Positions 16,473 through 27,343 of a stretch of 64,000 nt of DNA are shown here, one piece after another; position 1 is the stretch's first letter; each line of letters opens with the position of its first letter. The notes below the pieces were generated by a model. The model was not told the DNA's origin, ran no database searches, and was given only the letters and a program-made list of their open reading frames with translations. This DNA is from Candidatus Eiseniibacteriota bacterium (GTDB lineage Bacteria; Eisenbacteria; RBG-16-71-46): assembly GCA_963717505.1 (NCBI GenBank), contig OY970342.1:736001-800000 (forward strand), given 5' to 3'. Made by a program: the position numbers and the translations under genes.

Positions 16473-19250
16473 TCACCTCATGATCGCGACGCTCTTTTGA
16501 ACCACGACGTCACCCTGTGACAACCGGACGACGAATACTCCAGGCTTCCAGTCCGTGCCGGCTTGGATTCTCGCCGTGTGTTGTCCGATCGTCGTGCCGG
16601 TCGCCCTTCTGTCTCGACGACGCCCCTGAACATCGAACACCTCGATGACTCCAGGTCCTGCTTTCGGCAGGACGTAGTTCAGGGTCGCCCAACCACCGGT
16701 CATTGGATTCGGCTGGATGGACTCGATTGACAGTCGAATCAAGGCCACCTCGACGAACACCTCGGTCGTCCAGCGGTCTACTCCGTCATCGTCGGCATAC
16801 CGAAGCCGGAAAGCGTGGACACCGGGATGGAGATTCCCCTCCTCGAAGTGGATGAACCCAGTTCCATTCACCGTCGGTGCGCCCACAGTTCGCCAGTTGT
16901 CGTCGATCAGCCTCTCTACATTGCCAGAACTCATGCCACCAGCACCGGCATACCAGGTGATCCTCGCTATTCCGTCTTCGCCAGTCGCTTCGACCAGCGA
17001 AATCGCAACGGGCGTCGCTCGGTCAGTCCGATTCATCAACAAGAAGACGGTGCCTCTGGTGGTCGCCACGGCGACGTCCGGCCAAGAGTCGCGATCCGAG
17101 TCCACGATGATGGGTCTCGAGATCAGGCCGCCGAACGCGAAGAAGCGCCTGTCGATCGTGAACCCACCAGCGCCATTCCCCACGTAGACTGCGAGGAAGC
17201 TCGACTGGTATTGCTCTTCCCAACTTGGCGAACCGCCATGCGTCGCGACGGCATCTCTATCTCCGTCTCCATCCAGATCGGCCACCGCGATGTGGTGGGC
17301 ATTGGGCATTCCCGGTGAGTTGATCTCGGCGGAAAACGACCCGTCACCCGCTCCCCGCATCACGCTCAGTCCCTGTCCCGTACCGCCCACAACATCCAAT
17401 GCACCGTCGTTGTCGGCATCCGCCAAGGTCATTGCCCAGAAGCTGTTCGCAATCGGGCTCACGATTGGAGCGCCAAAGGTTCCGTCCCCGAGCGATCGCT
17501 TCACGTAGAGCTGCCGGCTGATGAAGCAAATGCAGTAGCCAGCATGGTCGTAGCCGCAGCATTGCCCCCGCACGTTGATGACCAGGTCATCGAGCCCATC
17601 CTGGTCGACGTCGCCGGCAGCAGCAGCAACGACGCGTTGCTCGTGCAAGACCGGGGTTTCAAATGTTCCGTCCCCTATTCCCCTGGCGGTGAATGCTCGC
17701 TGCGGCCCATGGAGTAGCAAGTCGGGGTGGTCGTCGTTGTCGAAGCGAGCAATTTCGACCGCTTCGACGTTGGCGTGAATCGGAAACGACGGCAGCCTGA
17801 TGAATCCACCCACCACACCGCGAAGTACGCTGACGGAACCGACGCCGTACGGAATCTGATTCAACACGACCAGATCCCCGATTCCGTCCCCGTCGAGGTC
17901 GCCGGCTGCCAGCTCCACCGAGGCTCCATCGGTTGGGTAGTGGACACCCGGTGCATACCCGCCCTCGGGAAGCGCACCGAGAACCGTGGCCGTGCTCACG
18001 ACGCGATTCGCGGTAGCCAGGTCGATGAGTTTGTCGCCGTCCAGATCAGCCGCGGCCACTGCCCGCGGGTCACTTCCACTGCCCACTGGGTACTCGTTTC
18101 GCCTGCCGAAGCCTCCTGAACCGTCACCCGGAAGTACAGCGAGCGTTCCGGTCGTCGACCCGATGGTGAGGAGATCCGGATTCCCGTCCCCCGTCACCTC
18201 GGATATGGCAACCGCCAGGGGCTGCGAAGGCACATAGTGGTCCGAGGGAGGCTCGACCATACCGAATCCTCGGCCCTTGAAGACCAGGATCCGATCCGAA
18301 AAATAAGCTGCGATCGCCACGTCGCCATAGCCGTCGCCATTGACGTCCTCGATATCCACTGAGAACGGATAGGTTGGCGAAGGCAGCGTCATCACTTGGG
18401 CAAAGTTTCCGTCTCCTACACCCCGCAGCGTGGTCATCGTATGGTCGCGCTGATTCGCGGTCGCTATGTCTGGATAGGGATCCCCATCCAGATCGCCAAT
18501 GGCAAAGGCAAGCACCCCCGGCCCAGCCGGAGACACCCGCGCCGGGAGAAGTGTGCCGTCTCCTCTCCCGAGCAGGACCGCAACACCGTCTCTGGCAAGA
18601 CTGGCCGTGAGCACGTCGACATTCCCATCTCCATTCACGTCACCCGCCGCCATGCTGAACGCGCCGGGGGCCGTGGCGAACTTGGACAGAGAGCCGAACC
18701 CACCGTCACCGGCACCGAGCAGCACTGAGACGCTGTCAGGTCCGTAGTTGACGGCGACCAGGTCGCGATTGCCGTCGTTGTTGAGGTCGACGATCTCGAC
18801 GAAGTGTGGGCTGGCACCGCATTCGAGAAGAACCTGAGGTTGGAACGCGTTGCCAGGCATCCCCAGGAAAAGCGACAGAGTCCCGGAACCGTGGTTCGCG
18901 ACCACGATGTCGCCAACGCCGTCGTTGTTGACGTCGCCGGCCGCTGCGCCAACTGGATTCGCCCCGACATTCATCTGCGCGACGATCTGGAACCCGCCGT
19001 CGGCGTCCCCTGAGAGGACCGTTACCGAGCCGGGTGCATTGACGACAATCGCGTCGTCGTAACCGTCCCCGTTGAGATCATGTAGGCGGAAGGACCTCGG
19101 GATATTTCCCGCTCGGTAGAGGTCGTACATGCCCTCGAGGTTGGGCGTCGCCGCGGCGATCGTCGCAAGTGCGGCCAGGGCTGTGCCGATGAGAGCGCAT
19201 GGCAACCAGCGGGCGACCGAAACGGGATCGAAACCTGGGCGAGAAGTCAT
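16473..19250 (-). CDS. Secreted FG-GAP/VCBS repeat protein with C-terminal FlgD/T9SS-like domain
   Basis: Signal peptide, more than 10 DxNxDGxxD repeats, C-terminal PNP...EVFDVQGRR...PGVFVVRL. Confidence 0.9.
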   Translation of the reverse strand: MTSRPGFDPVSVARWLPCALIGTALAALATIAAATPNLEGMYDLYRAGNIPRSFRLHDLNGDGYDDAIVVNAPGSVTVLSGDADGGFQIVAQMNVGANPVGAAAGDVNNDGVGDIVVANHGSGTLSLFLGMPGNAFQPQVLLECGASPHFVEIVDLNNDGNRDLVAVNYGPDSVSVLLGAGDGGFGSLSKFATAPGAFSMAAGDVNGDGNVDVLTASLARDGVAVLLGRGDGTLLPARVSPAGPGVLAFAIGDLDGDPYPDIATANQRDHTMTTLRGVGDGNFAQVMTLPSPTYPFSVDIEDVNGDGYGDVAIAAYFSDRILVFKGRGFGMVEPPSDHYVPSQPLAVAISEVTGDGNPDLLTIGSTTGTLAVLPGDGSGGFGRRNEYPVGSGSDPRAVAAADLDGDKLIDLATANRVVSTATVLGALPEGGYAPGVHYPTDGASVELAAGDLDGDGIGDLVVLNQIPYGVGSVSVLRGVVGGFIRLPSFPIHANVEAVEIARFDNDDHPDLLLHGPQRAFTARGIGDGTFETPVLHEQRVVAAAAGDVDQDGLDDLVINVRGQCCGYDHAGYCICFISRQLYVKRSLGDGTFGAPIVSPIANSFWAMTLADADNDGALDVVGGTGQGLSVMRGAGDGSFSAEINSPGMPNAHHIAVADLDGDGDRDAVATHGGSPSWEEQYQSSFLAVYVGNGAGGFTIDRRFFAFGGLISRPIIVDSDRDSWPDVAVATTRGTVFLLMNRTDRATPVAISLVEATGEDGIARITWYAGAGGMSSGNVERLIDDNWRTVGAPTVNGTGFIHFEEGNLHPGVHAFRLRYADDDGVDRWTTEVFVEVALIRLSIESIQPNPMTGGWATLNYVLPKAGPGVIEVFDVQGRRRDRRATGTTIGQHTARIQAGTDWKPGVFVVRLSQGDVVVQKSVAIMR

Positions 19251-19426
19251 CGCGGCACCTCCGAGGCTCCTGAGAGACGGGGGTTCCCAGGTCCCACAGG
19301 GATGACAACCATGCGCCTATTGCGCACCAATAGCGACCAGGCCCGTTGATTCAGCTCGGTTCCAACCGCGAGCGGGGTGCGACTATCCTACTTCACGAAC
19401 GGTCGCGGTTTCCCTGGAGGATTCGA

Positions 19427-20683
19427 ATGCACAGCTCTTGGCTCCTGGCTATCTTGAGTCTGAGTCTTGTCTCCATCTTCTCACTCCCCGCGAGCGCCAT
19501 TATCCGGCGTCACGATCGACCCGATTCTCTGTACCTCGCCGACGGCGCCGAGCGCACCGCCGTCTGCCGGCTCGGCTCGGGACATGGAACGCTGGTCGGA
19601 CCAAAGTGGGTCTTGACCGCGGCGCACGTCGCGCAGGAACTGACTCCCGGCTTCGACAAGTGCCACTTCGACGGCGCCAGCTACGCGATCAAGGCGCGCT
19701 ACATGCACCCGACCTGGGCCGGCAACCTCGGGCCTGGGCATGCCGAACCCGAATGGGTCGACATGGCGTTGGTCGAGCTCGAGGAACCAGTCCAGGGGAT
19801 CGCGCCGCTCCCGATCCATCGCCAGAAGAACGAAGTCGGCAAGCGCGTGCGATTCGTCGGCAGCGGCAAGACCGGCGACGGCATCCAGGGCATCGGCCTG
19901 GCCGACGGCGAATGGCGCGGCGCGTACAACGTGGTCGAGAAGACTTCAGCGCACAACCTGGTGTTTCTGTTCGACGCGCCGCCCGCCGGCGAAGACCTGG
20001 AGGGCATTGCCGGTCCCGCCGACAGCGGCAGCCCCGCGTTGCTGCGCACCAGCAAAGGCTGGGCGGTGATCGGTGTCGCTTCGTACAACGACGGCCCGAA
20101 CATCGGCATGACCGAATGCATCTACGGCACGCGCGAGGTCTATCCACGCACCTCGCATGTGACGTCGTGGTTCGACAGCGTGCTCGCGGGCAATGGCGCC
20201 GCGTGGGCCGAAACCAATGTCCACACCGGGCCCAAGTCCAAGACCGCCGGGGCGGTCGGGGACTCGACCGTGTTCGATCCGGAGCGCTATCTCGCCGTTG
20301 CTCGCGAGTTCGTTCGCAGCGTGAACGCCGACGACATGGAGTCCTACCGCAGACTGTTCACCGACGCCGGCTGGGCCGAGGTCATCGATTGGTTCCACAA
20401 CGCCTTCGCGAACCAGCGCCGGCGTTACGGCCCGATCGTCAGAGCCTATCCTCCGCAGAAGGAACCGGTGCGCATGGGCAAGTTCGGGTGGCAGGGAAGC
20501 TGGGAACAGGGCGCGAATTTCGTCGTGATCTTCGAGAAGAGCGTTGGCGGGGCGCTGAACATCCAGCTCGACGAGCAGGGCCTGATCGCGCACGCTGACG
20601 TGTTCATCAAGGAGGAGATGTTGCAGTACGAAGAGACGGCGCCGAGCAAGCCGTTCTTCGGCGAACCGCCGGCCCAGGAGTGA
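19427..20683 (+). CDS. Secreted trypsin-like (S1) serine protease with an extra C-terminal domain
   Basis: GGAGG RBS, signal peptide, triad motifs LTAAH, DMAL and ADSGSP. Confidence 0.85.
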   Translation: MHSSWLLAILSLSLVSIFSLPASAIIRRHDRPDSLYLADGAERTAVCRLGSGHGTLVGPKWVLTAAHVAQELTPGFDKCHFDGASYAIKARYMHPTWAGNLGPGHAEPEWVDMALVELEEPVQGIAPLPIHRQKNEVGKRVRFVGSGKTGDGIQGIGLADGEWRGAYNVVEKTSAHNLVFLFDAPPAGEDLEGIAGPADSGSPALLRTSKGWAVIGVASYNDGPNIGMTECIYGTREVYPRTSHVTSWFDSVLAGNGAAWAETNVHTGPKSKTAGAVGDSTVFDPERYLAVAREFVRSVNADDMESYRRLFTDAGWAEVIDWFHNAFANQRRRYGPIVRAYPPQKEPVRMGKFGWQGSWEQGANFVVIFEKSVGGALNIQLDEQGLIAHADVFIKEEMLQYEETAPSKPFFGEPPAQE

Positions 20684-20690
20684 CCGGCTC

Positions 20691-21377
20691 CTAGGGATTG
20701 GTCTCGCGTTCGATTTTCGCGAGCAGCACGCTGGCAGCGTCCACCAGGGCGGCGGACCACTCGTGGCCGCCCTCGAACACCAGCTTTTGCGCATCCGGGC
20801 GGCGCGTGAGTACGAACGCCATGTCCTCCTCCAGCCGCGCCGGAGTGTAGTGCGCATCGCCGGCGCCGGTGACGGCCAGGACCCGCGGCCACGCCCGCGT
20901 CTCGACACTCTTGAGCTCGGGCGGGACGTCGCCGCCCGCCGCAATGATCGCGTCGCACGTCCGTCGCCCCAGCAGCCCCGCGCGGTACGCCATGGCCACG
21001 CCTTGCGAGAATCCTGCATACACGATGGCACGCGGAGCGCCGAATTCGGACTCGAGCTGATCCATCACCGCGTCGACGTAGGCAACGTTGTCGGCGATCG
21101 CGTGCTCGCGATCCTGGCGGGTCATCCAGTTCGCGACCACCTCGTTGGACCGACCGGCGTAGAAGGGATGGAGCGCCTGCACCGACACGATCGCCCATTT
21201 CGAACTGCGCGGTACGCGGGCCAGCGGCTCGAGAAAGGCCTCGGCAGACTGCGCGTAGCCGTGGAAGCCGACGAGCCAGAGAGTGGGCGTCGCCGAGCGT
21301 GGTGGCTGGACGAGGTAGCGGCCGTGCACGGTCGCCGTCGCATGGCGAAGCAGGGGACCAACAGATGGCTCCGACAT
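20691..21377 (-). CDS. Phospholipase/carboxylesterase family alpha/beta hydrolase
   Basis: GFHGYAQ, NWMTRQDRE, GFSQG nucleophile motif, FEGGHEW. Confidence 0.85.
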   Translation of the reverse strand: MSEPSVGPLLRHATATVHGRYLVQPPRSATPTLWLVGFHGYAQSAEAFLEPLARVPRSSKWAIVSVQALHPFYAGRSNEVVANWMTRQDREHAIADNVAYVDAVMDQLESEFGAPRAIVYAGFSQGVAMAYRAGLLGRRTCDAIIAAGGDVPPELKSVETRAWPRVLAVTGAGDAHYTPARLEEDMAFVLTRRPDAQKLVFEGGHEWSAALVDAASVLLAKIERETNP

Positions 21378-21391
21378 TCGGGATGGCGAGC

Positions 21392-24093
21392 CTACCGCCT
21401 CGCCCTCACCTTCTCCGCCAACCGATTCGCCCAACCGATCGAAACCGCGATCTCGCGACGCTCGGCCACGCCCTTGGGTGGACGACTGAACAGGAATCGA
21501 TCGCTCACCGGATCGTAGTCGTAGTCGCGGAATGAAGTCTCGGTCGGCGAGGGCGGCACCTCGAACAGCTGCTCGGGTTGACCGGGGGAAAGTTCGTCGT
21601 TTCGCACTGCGATCGGCACGCGCACGAGACTCTCACCCGTGACGAAGAACAGTTCCCGGCTGTCGCGCCCCCAGCGGACACCGCCGCCACCGCCGGTCGA
21701 TACCTGCCAGCTTCCCCCTCCCGCCAGCGGCCGGATGCAGATCTCCTCGCGTCGGGTCTTATTCGTTACGTAGGCGATCCAGCGGCCGTCGGGCGACACC
21801 ACACCCGCCTGCTCGTAGCCGTCGCCCTCGACCGGGAGCGCACGCGGCGGCTCGTCGCCGTTCACCGAGGCCAGGTGGATCTGGCCGGTGCGGTGGCCGT
21901 AGTCGCTGAAGACTACTGCCTTGCCGTCCGGCGTGACGTCCGTGACTTGCAGCGGATTGTGCGCTCGATAGACTTCTTGCGTCCCGCCGGCGCCGTCCAG
22001 ACGACGGACGACGACAGCCTCCGTCCCTGCGATGTTTGTTGGGTAGGCAATCCGAGTCTCCCCGAGCAGCCATATGCCCGCACCCGACTTGTTCTCGTGC
22101 GTCAGTCGGTTCATCGAGCCCGAGCGAAGATCGGCCAACCAGAGGTCGGCCGCACCGCCCCCGGGCCCGGCCGCCACCAGGGCCCTCGTGCCGTCGGCCG
22201 AGAGTCTCATTTGGAGGTAGGGGCCCGGCGCCACCGGGATCGGCGTCCATCTCCCCGAGCGATCGAGCCACCCGATCTCGCGGGTCTTCTCAGGCTCCCC
22301 ACCCGGGATCCACGCCAGAGTGCCGTCGTCCGCAAGGCTGAAGTAGCACGTTCCACTCGACTCATCACCACTGACATCGGCGAGCACCGGTACTGGATCC
22401 TGCGTGATGCGGGGATTGCGTGGATCGATGGGTACGGCATAGAGGTCACTGCCTCTCGCCAAAACGAGAAATCCCCCCGGCACCCAGGCCGCGCGGCGCG
22501 CACCTTTGAACAAATGACGACGCTCTCCCGTCTTCACCGAGACCGCGTCGATGCTCGCGTCGTCGTAGCCGCCCGGGCTGTCCACGGTCTGGACGGTGAA
22601 CACCACCCATGGCCCGCCATCGAGCGCGCTGGGGAAGCGGTGCGTGCGTTCCCGCTTGGTGGTATCGAGCGTGGTGATCGCGACCGGCGTGCCTCCGGAT
22701 TCGGGGATTCGAAACAGCGGCTCGGTGACTTCGCGCGTGAACACGATCGTGCCATCGTCGAGCCACGTGCCGAGTCTATCCTGTAACGCGTCGGCCAGCG
22801 CCACCGGTGTGCCGCCGCGCACCGACACTTTGTTCATCTTGCGGGTGTCGAAGAATCCGATCCATTCGCCGTCCCGCGAGAAGAAGAGGTTGCGCGCACC
22901 GTCGGCGCCGGCAATCTCGACGTCCTCACGCGTGTCCAGGCGTCGCAGTCGCAGCTTGAGCACGCCGCCCACCCGAACCGTGTACGCGATCGCTCGACCG
23001 TCCGGCGAAATCGCCATCGGGTGGTAGCTGATGTCCTCACCGATCCGCTGCCCGCCCGCGGGCACGACGCTGAGTTCGGTTGCCGTCGGTTGTGCGGGTG
23101 GCCTGCGCCACAGCAGCCCGCCAACCACGGCCAGCGCGACGATTCCGGCCCAGGCGATCGTCCAGAACTTGAGCGCCGGCGAGCGCGGAGCGGTCCCGGG
23201 CGCGGTCTCGGCCACCTCTTCCGCGGGATTCGCCGATAGGTCCTCGAGCGCGACTCGTGCCTCGCCGATCGCCTGCAGTCGCCGTCGAGGATCCTTGACC
23301 ACGCATCGCTCGAGCAGATGGCGCCAGCGCGAAGACAGCCCAGAGGGCAGCGCCGACCAGTCCGGCTCGTCGCGCATCACCGCCGCCATGGTCTCGGAGA
23401 TGGTCTCACCGGCGAACGCGCGCCGGCCGGTGAGCATCTCGTAGAGCACAGCGCCAAACGAGAAGATGTCGGACCTGCGTTCGGCCTCACGCCCGCGCGC
23501 CTGCTCGGGCGACATGTAGGCGGCGGTGCCCAGAATGACACCCGCCTGGGTCATCCGTTGCGTGAGCGTCGGGGACTGGGTGAGGTCCGCGCTCGAACCG
23601 GCGCCTTCGGCTGCGAGCGCACGCGCCAGATCCGAAAGTCGAGCACTTTGACCGTGCCGTCGGGCCTCAGCTTGATGTTCGCAGGTTTGAGATCACGGTG
23701 AATGATGCCGCGGTCGTGGGCGTACTCGAGCGCCTCGGCGAGTTGCCGCCCGATGCGCAGGCACTCGTCGACCTCGATCGGGCCGCTCGCAATTCGCTCG
23801 GCAAGGGTGGGCCCCTCGACCAGCTCCATCACCAGGGCGGTGGCCCCCCCGGCATCCTCGACGCCGTAGATCGCGGCGATGCCCGAGTGACTGAGTGCCG
23901 CGAGCAACCGGGCCTCGCGCTCGAAGCGCGCCAGCCGATCGACGTCGCCGGACAGAAGATCGGGCAGCACCTTGATCGCGACGTCACGCCCGAGCCGCGT
24001 GTCGCGCGCGCGATAGACCTCGCCCATGCCGCCGGCACCGAGCGGCGACAGAATCTCGTAGGGGCCGAGGCGGGTACCGGGACCGAGGCTCAT
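21392..24093 (-). CDS. Ser/Thr protein kinase with TM helix and TolB/PD40 beta-propeller; frameshift at the DFG motif (~23630)
   Basis: LGAGGMGEVY, VAIK, HRDLKPAN in one frame; GTAAYMSPEQ and SDIFSFG in the next. Two extra bases in GACTTTCGGATCTG break DFGL. Confidence 0.88.
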
Positions 24094-26807
24094 CGAGCCT
24101 TCAGCGTCTGCGTCCAGTGGGTGACCACGACGAGCGGAGCCTGCCGGTCCGTGGTGGCCGCGTTGACCAGGAAGCGATCGCCATCGCGAGTGACGTCGTA
24201 GGTCGGGATGAGGCCGCGCTGGAAAGCCTGGAAGAGCGGGCGATCGCTCAGGATGCGGAACTGATCGCCGCGGCCATCCACCGAGACGGCAACCATCGTG
24301 TCGTCGGGCCGCTTGTAGAACAGTTCGCGCCCATCGCCGCTCCAGCGCGGACACGCGCCCCCTTCAGCCGACACCTGCCAGCGGCCGGCCGGAGTATCTG
24401 CGGCCGACGAGTCGGCCGACGAACCCGGTCGTGGCATGGGCGCGACATAGATCTCGGGACGCCCCGAGATCCGAGAGTCGAAGGCCAGCCACCTACCATC
24501 CTGCGTCACTTGGGCGTTAGTACATCCGGTGGAGGCCGGGACCAGGAGTCGCGGACGGCCACCCTCGAGGGGATGCCACCACAGAGGATTGTCCGCCCCG
24601 GTCTGGAAGTCCCCGCGACCCAGCAGCAGCGCGCGCTCGCTCGCCAGCCACTGCAATACCCACACGTCCTCGCTCGGTTCTTCGACCAGGGTGCGAGGTG
24701 CCGCCGAACCATCCGCGCGGACGGCATCCACACGGTAGTGCAGTCCGTTCCGCCGTGTGGCAAATGCGATCTGCGTGCCGTCGGGCGACCACACCGGCTG
24801 GGAATCGTCTTCGGGGTGAGCTGCCAGACGCGTGCCCGCGCCCGAGGAGACGTCGTAGACCCACAGATCGGCGTTCGGAGTGTGTTGCGTCTCCACCACG
24901 GCACGGTTGCCGTCGGGCGAGATCGAGACCGTAAAGTGATTGGCTGGACGCCCGAGCGTCCCTAGACGCTGCCCAGACCGGTCGAACCACGAAACGCGGA
25001 ATGCACCCGAGTTTCCGCCAGGGCCGTAGACCAGCGTGCCGCCTTGTGAGGCCGCCAACATCGTCCGCCAGGTCGTGGGGTCGAACTGGACGACCTCCTG
25101 CGTGGGCTGTGGCACACCGCTCAGCCGCCCGCTCGTCGGGTCAAAACGCTGCGCGAGCAGCGTGCTGTCGCGCACGAACAGCAGCCAACCCGAGGCAAAC
25201 TCGGCGTTGCTCGGGCTGGACATGATTCGCCTGCGAACGCGTCCATCGAGCGAGGCGAACCACAGCGTCGCCGACGATTCGGGGGCGTCGTGCTTGGCGG
25301 CGAGGTATACGACATGCTTTCCGTCCGGCATGAAGACCGGCCAGCGGTGGGTGGTTTCACGGGTGCTGTCGAGCGTCGTGAACGGTTGAGGTTCTCCACC
25401 CGAAGCCGAGACGCGGGAAAGCGGAGAGATCCAGTTGGGTGCAAACGCGATCACTCCCTCCCGCGACCAGGTGCCACCCCGCCCGTTCGAAGCCGGGCAC
25501 ACGTTGAGCACCGCGCCGCCTGCGAGATCGATGCGTTTGAGGTGGCCGCGAGCAAAGAAACCCAGCGAGCGAGCGTCGGGTGACCAGAATGGATAGGCCC
25601 CGTTTTCGGTTCCAGGCAGGGGCCGCACCGAAAGATCGTCGAGCGATCGCAGCCACAGGCGCTGGCCGCTGCCCCGTCCCAGCGCACCAAAGACCAGCAT
25701 CCGGCCGTCGGGCGAGAGGGCCGGCGGGCCCGAGTCGTCCCCGGTGATGCTGAGCGCCACATCAGGTGGAACCGTGAGCGCCGCACGCAACACCGGTTGC
25801 TCGCCCGAGCGCTCGCGCAGCAGCAACAGGGCGAGGACTACCGCAACCGCGGCGATCGCCCCAGCCACACCCCAGGCAACGGCGTCGAACCGAGCACGAC
25901 GCGTTGGAGCCGGCGCCCGAACCCCGGATACGGAACTCGCGCCGGCCAGGCTCAACAACTCCCGCCGAAGATCGCCGGCGCTCTGGCGTCGATCATCGGG
26001 ATCCTTGGCGAGACATTCGCCTACCAGTCGATCCAGCTCGGGGGAAGCGCCCGGCTGCAGTCGCGAGATCGGCGTCGGCTCGGCGTTCATGATCGCTCCG
26101 ATCAGGCTCGCCTGGCTCTTGCCTTCGAATGCGCGCTTGCCGGTCGCCATTTCGTACAGCACGCAGCCCAGCGCCCAAATGTCGCTGCGCGCGTCGGCCT
26201 CCTTCCCCTCCAGCTGCTCCGGCGACATGTACTGGAACGTGCCGACGATCGTCCCCTCGGCGGTTAGCGGTGCCGCCACGGTTGGCGATTGGGTCATTGC
26301 CAGCGTCACACTCCCCGCCGGTCCACCCAGTCCGGTCGCCCGCGCCAGGCCAAAGTCCATCAGCTTGGCTCCCGACTTGGTCAGCATCACGTTCCCAGGC
26401 TTGAGATCGCGATGGATCACCCCGGCGCGGTGCGCGCGATCCAGCGCGTCGGCGATCTGCGCTCCGATCCGGAGCACCTCCGCCGTCGGCAGCGCGCCTT
26501 TCGTCAGCCGCGACGCGAGCGTCTCACCCTCGACCAGCTCCATCACCAGGAAGTCGGTGTCGCCCTCCCTCCCCACGTCGTGCAGCACGCAGATGTTCGG
26601 GTGGTTGAGCGACGAAACGGTCTTCGCCTCGCGCTCGAAGCGAGTGCGCAGCTCTGGATTTCCCGACAGGCTCGCCGGCAGGACCTTGATCGCGACGTCG
26701 CGCCCGAGCCGCGTGTCGCGCGCCCGATAGACCTCGCCCATGCCGCCGGCGCCGAGCGGCGACAGAATCTCGTAGGGTCCGAGGCGAGTGCCTGGCGTGA
26801 GGCTCAC
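24090..26807 (-). CDS. Ser/Thr protein kinase with TM helix and TolB/PD40 beta-propeller
   Basis: LGAGGMGEVY, HRDLKPGN, DFGLA, GTFQYMSPEQ, then WSPDG/ISPDG repeats. TGA overlaps the next ATG. Confidence 0.95.
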   Translation of the reverse strand: MSLTPGTRLGPYEILSPLGAGGMGEVYRARDTRLGRDVAIKVLPASLSGNPELRTRFEREAKTVSSLNHPNICVLHDVGREGDTDFLVMELVEGETLASRLTKGALPTAEVLRIGAQIADALDRAHRAGVIHRDLKPGNVMLTKSGAKLMDFGLARATGLGGPAGSVTLAMTQSPTVAAPLTAEGTIVGTFQYMSPEQLEGKEADARSDIWALGCVLYEMATGKRAFEGKSQASLIGAIMNAEPTPISRLQPGASPELDRLVGECLAKDPDDRRQSAGDLRRELLSLAGASSVSGVRAPAPTRRARFDAVAWGVAGAIAAVAVVLALLLLRERSGEQPVLRAALTVPPDVALSITGDDSGPPALSPDGRMLVFGALGRGSGQRLWLRSLDDLSVRPLPGTENGAYPFWSPDARSLGFFARGHLKRIDLAGGAVLNVCPASNGRGGTWSREGVIAFAPNWISPLSRVSASGGEPQPFTTLDSTRETTHRWPVFMPDGKHVVYLAAKHDAPESSATLWFASLDGRVRRRIMSSPSNAEFASGWLLFVRDSTLLAQRFDPTSGRLSGVPQPTQEVVQFDPTTWRTMLAASQGGTLVYGPGGNSGAFRVSWFDRSGQRLGTLGRPANHFTVSISPDGNRAVVETQHTPNADLWVYDVSSGAGTRLAAHPEDDSQPVWSPDGTQIAFATRRNGLHYRVDAVRADGSAAPRTLVEEPSEDVWVLQWLASERALLLGRGDFQTGADNPLWWHPLEGGRPRLLVPASTGCTNAQVTQDGRWLAFDSRISGRPEIYVAPMPRPGSSADSSAADTPAGRWQVSAEGGACPRWSGDGRELFYKRPDDTMVAVSVDGRGDQFRILSDRPLFQAFQRGLIPTYDVTRDGDRFLVNAATTDRQAPLVVVTHWTQTLKAR

Positions 26808-26835
26808 GAGTGCGGCGCGGAGGACAATGTCGACT

Positions 26836-27300
26836 TCAACCGGTCAGGGGCCGGTTGAGCTGCGTGCGCCACTTGGCCGGATCCGGGCTCGACTCCGGCC
26901 CCGCGAGGTAGCTCTCCCACATGTCCGTGGCCGGCGTATGCCCTCGAGTGGTGATCCATGCGCCGAATTCGGCCCACGCCGCGCCCAGGCCTTCGTAGGA
27001 GCCGTGGAAAACGGTGCGCGCAACCCTTGCCGAGGGCAGTGTGCCGGCGATCACGCGGCCCGTGGCGGCGACTGCCGTGCGAACCGGCACGCCGACCTCG
27101 AAGTCGAAGACCTTGGGGTCCATCCGGAAGTGGTGCGAGAACACCGGACCAGCCGGGCCAATCCCCTGGGCCGTGACCGCCGCGATCACTTCGCCAATTG
27201 CAGGGCCCATTGCGTTCCGGATCTCTTCGCGCGGAATGGTCAGCCGGATGACGGCGGCGAGCTGAGTGTCGCTCTGAACGACTTCGGGTGTGTCGATCAC
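26836..27300 (-). CDS. GyrI-like small-molecule-binding protein
   Basis: DFEVGVPV, HGSYEGLGAAW, WESYLAGPE..PDPAKWRTQL. Confidence 0.88.
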   Translation of the reverse strand: MIDTPEVVQSDTQLAAVIRLTIPREEIRNAMGPAIGEVIAAVTAQGIGPAGPVFSHHFRMDPKVFDFEVGVPVRTAVAATGRVIAGTLPSARVARTVFHGSYEGLGAAWAEFGAWITTRGHTPATDMWESYLAGPESSPDPAKWRTQLNRPLTG

Positions 27301-27343
27301 CAGAGGATCCTCGTTTGCGCAGGCCGCGGCTCGCGGCGCGAGC

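Noticed and set aside
19317-19333. CTATTG-N5-CAATAG inverted repeat in a divergent promoter region
   Set aside because: Only 6-bp arms and a single instance; could be an operator but cannot be supported.
23600-23660. Programmed frameshift in the kinase
   Set aside because: No slippery heptamer, and the break destroys the DFG motif; an indel error is simpler.
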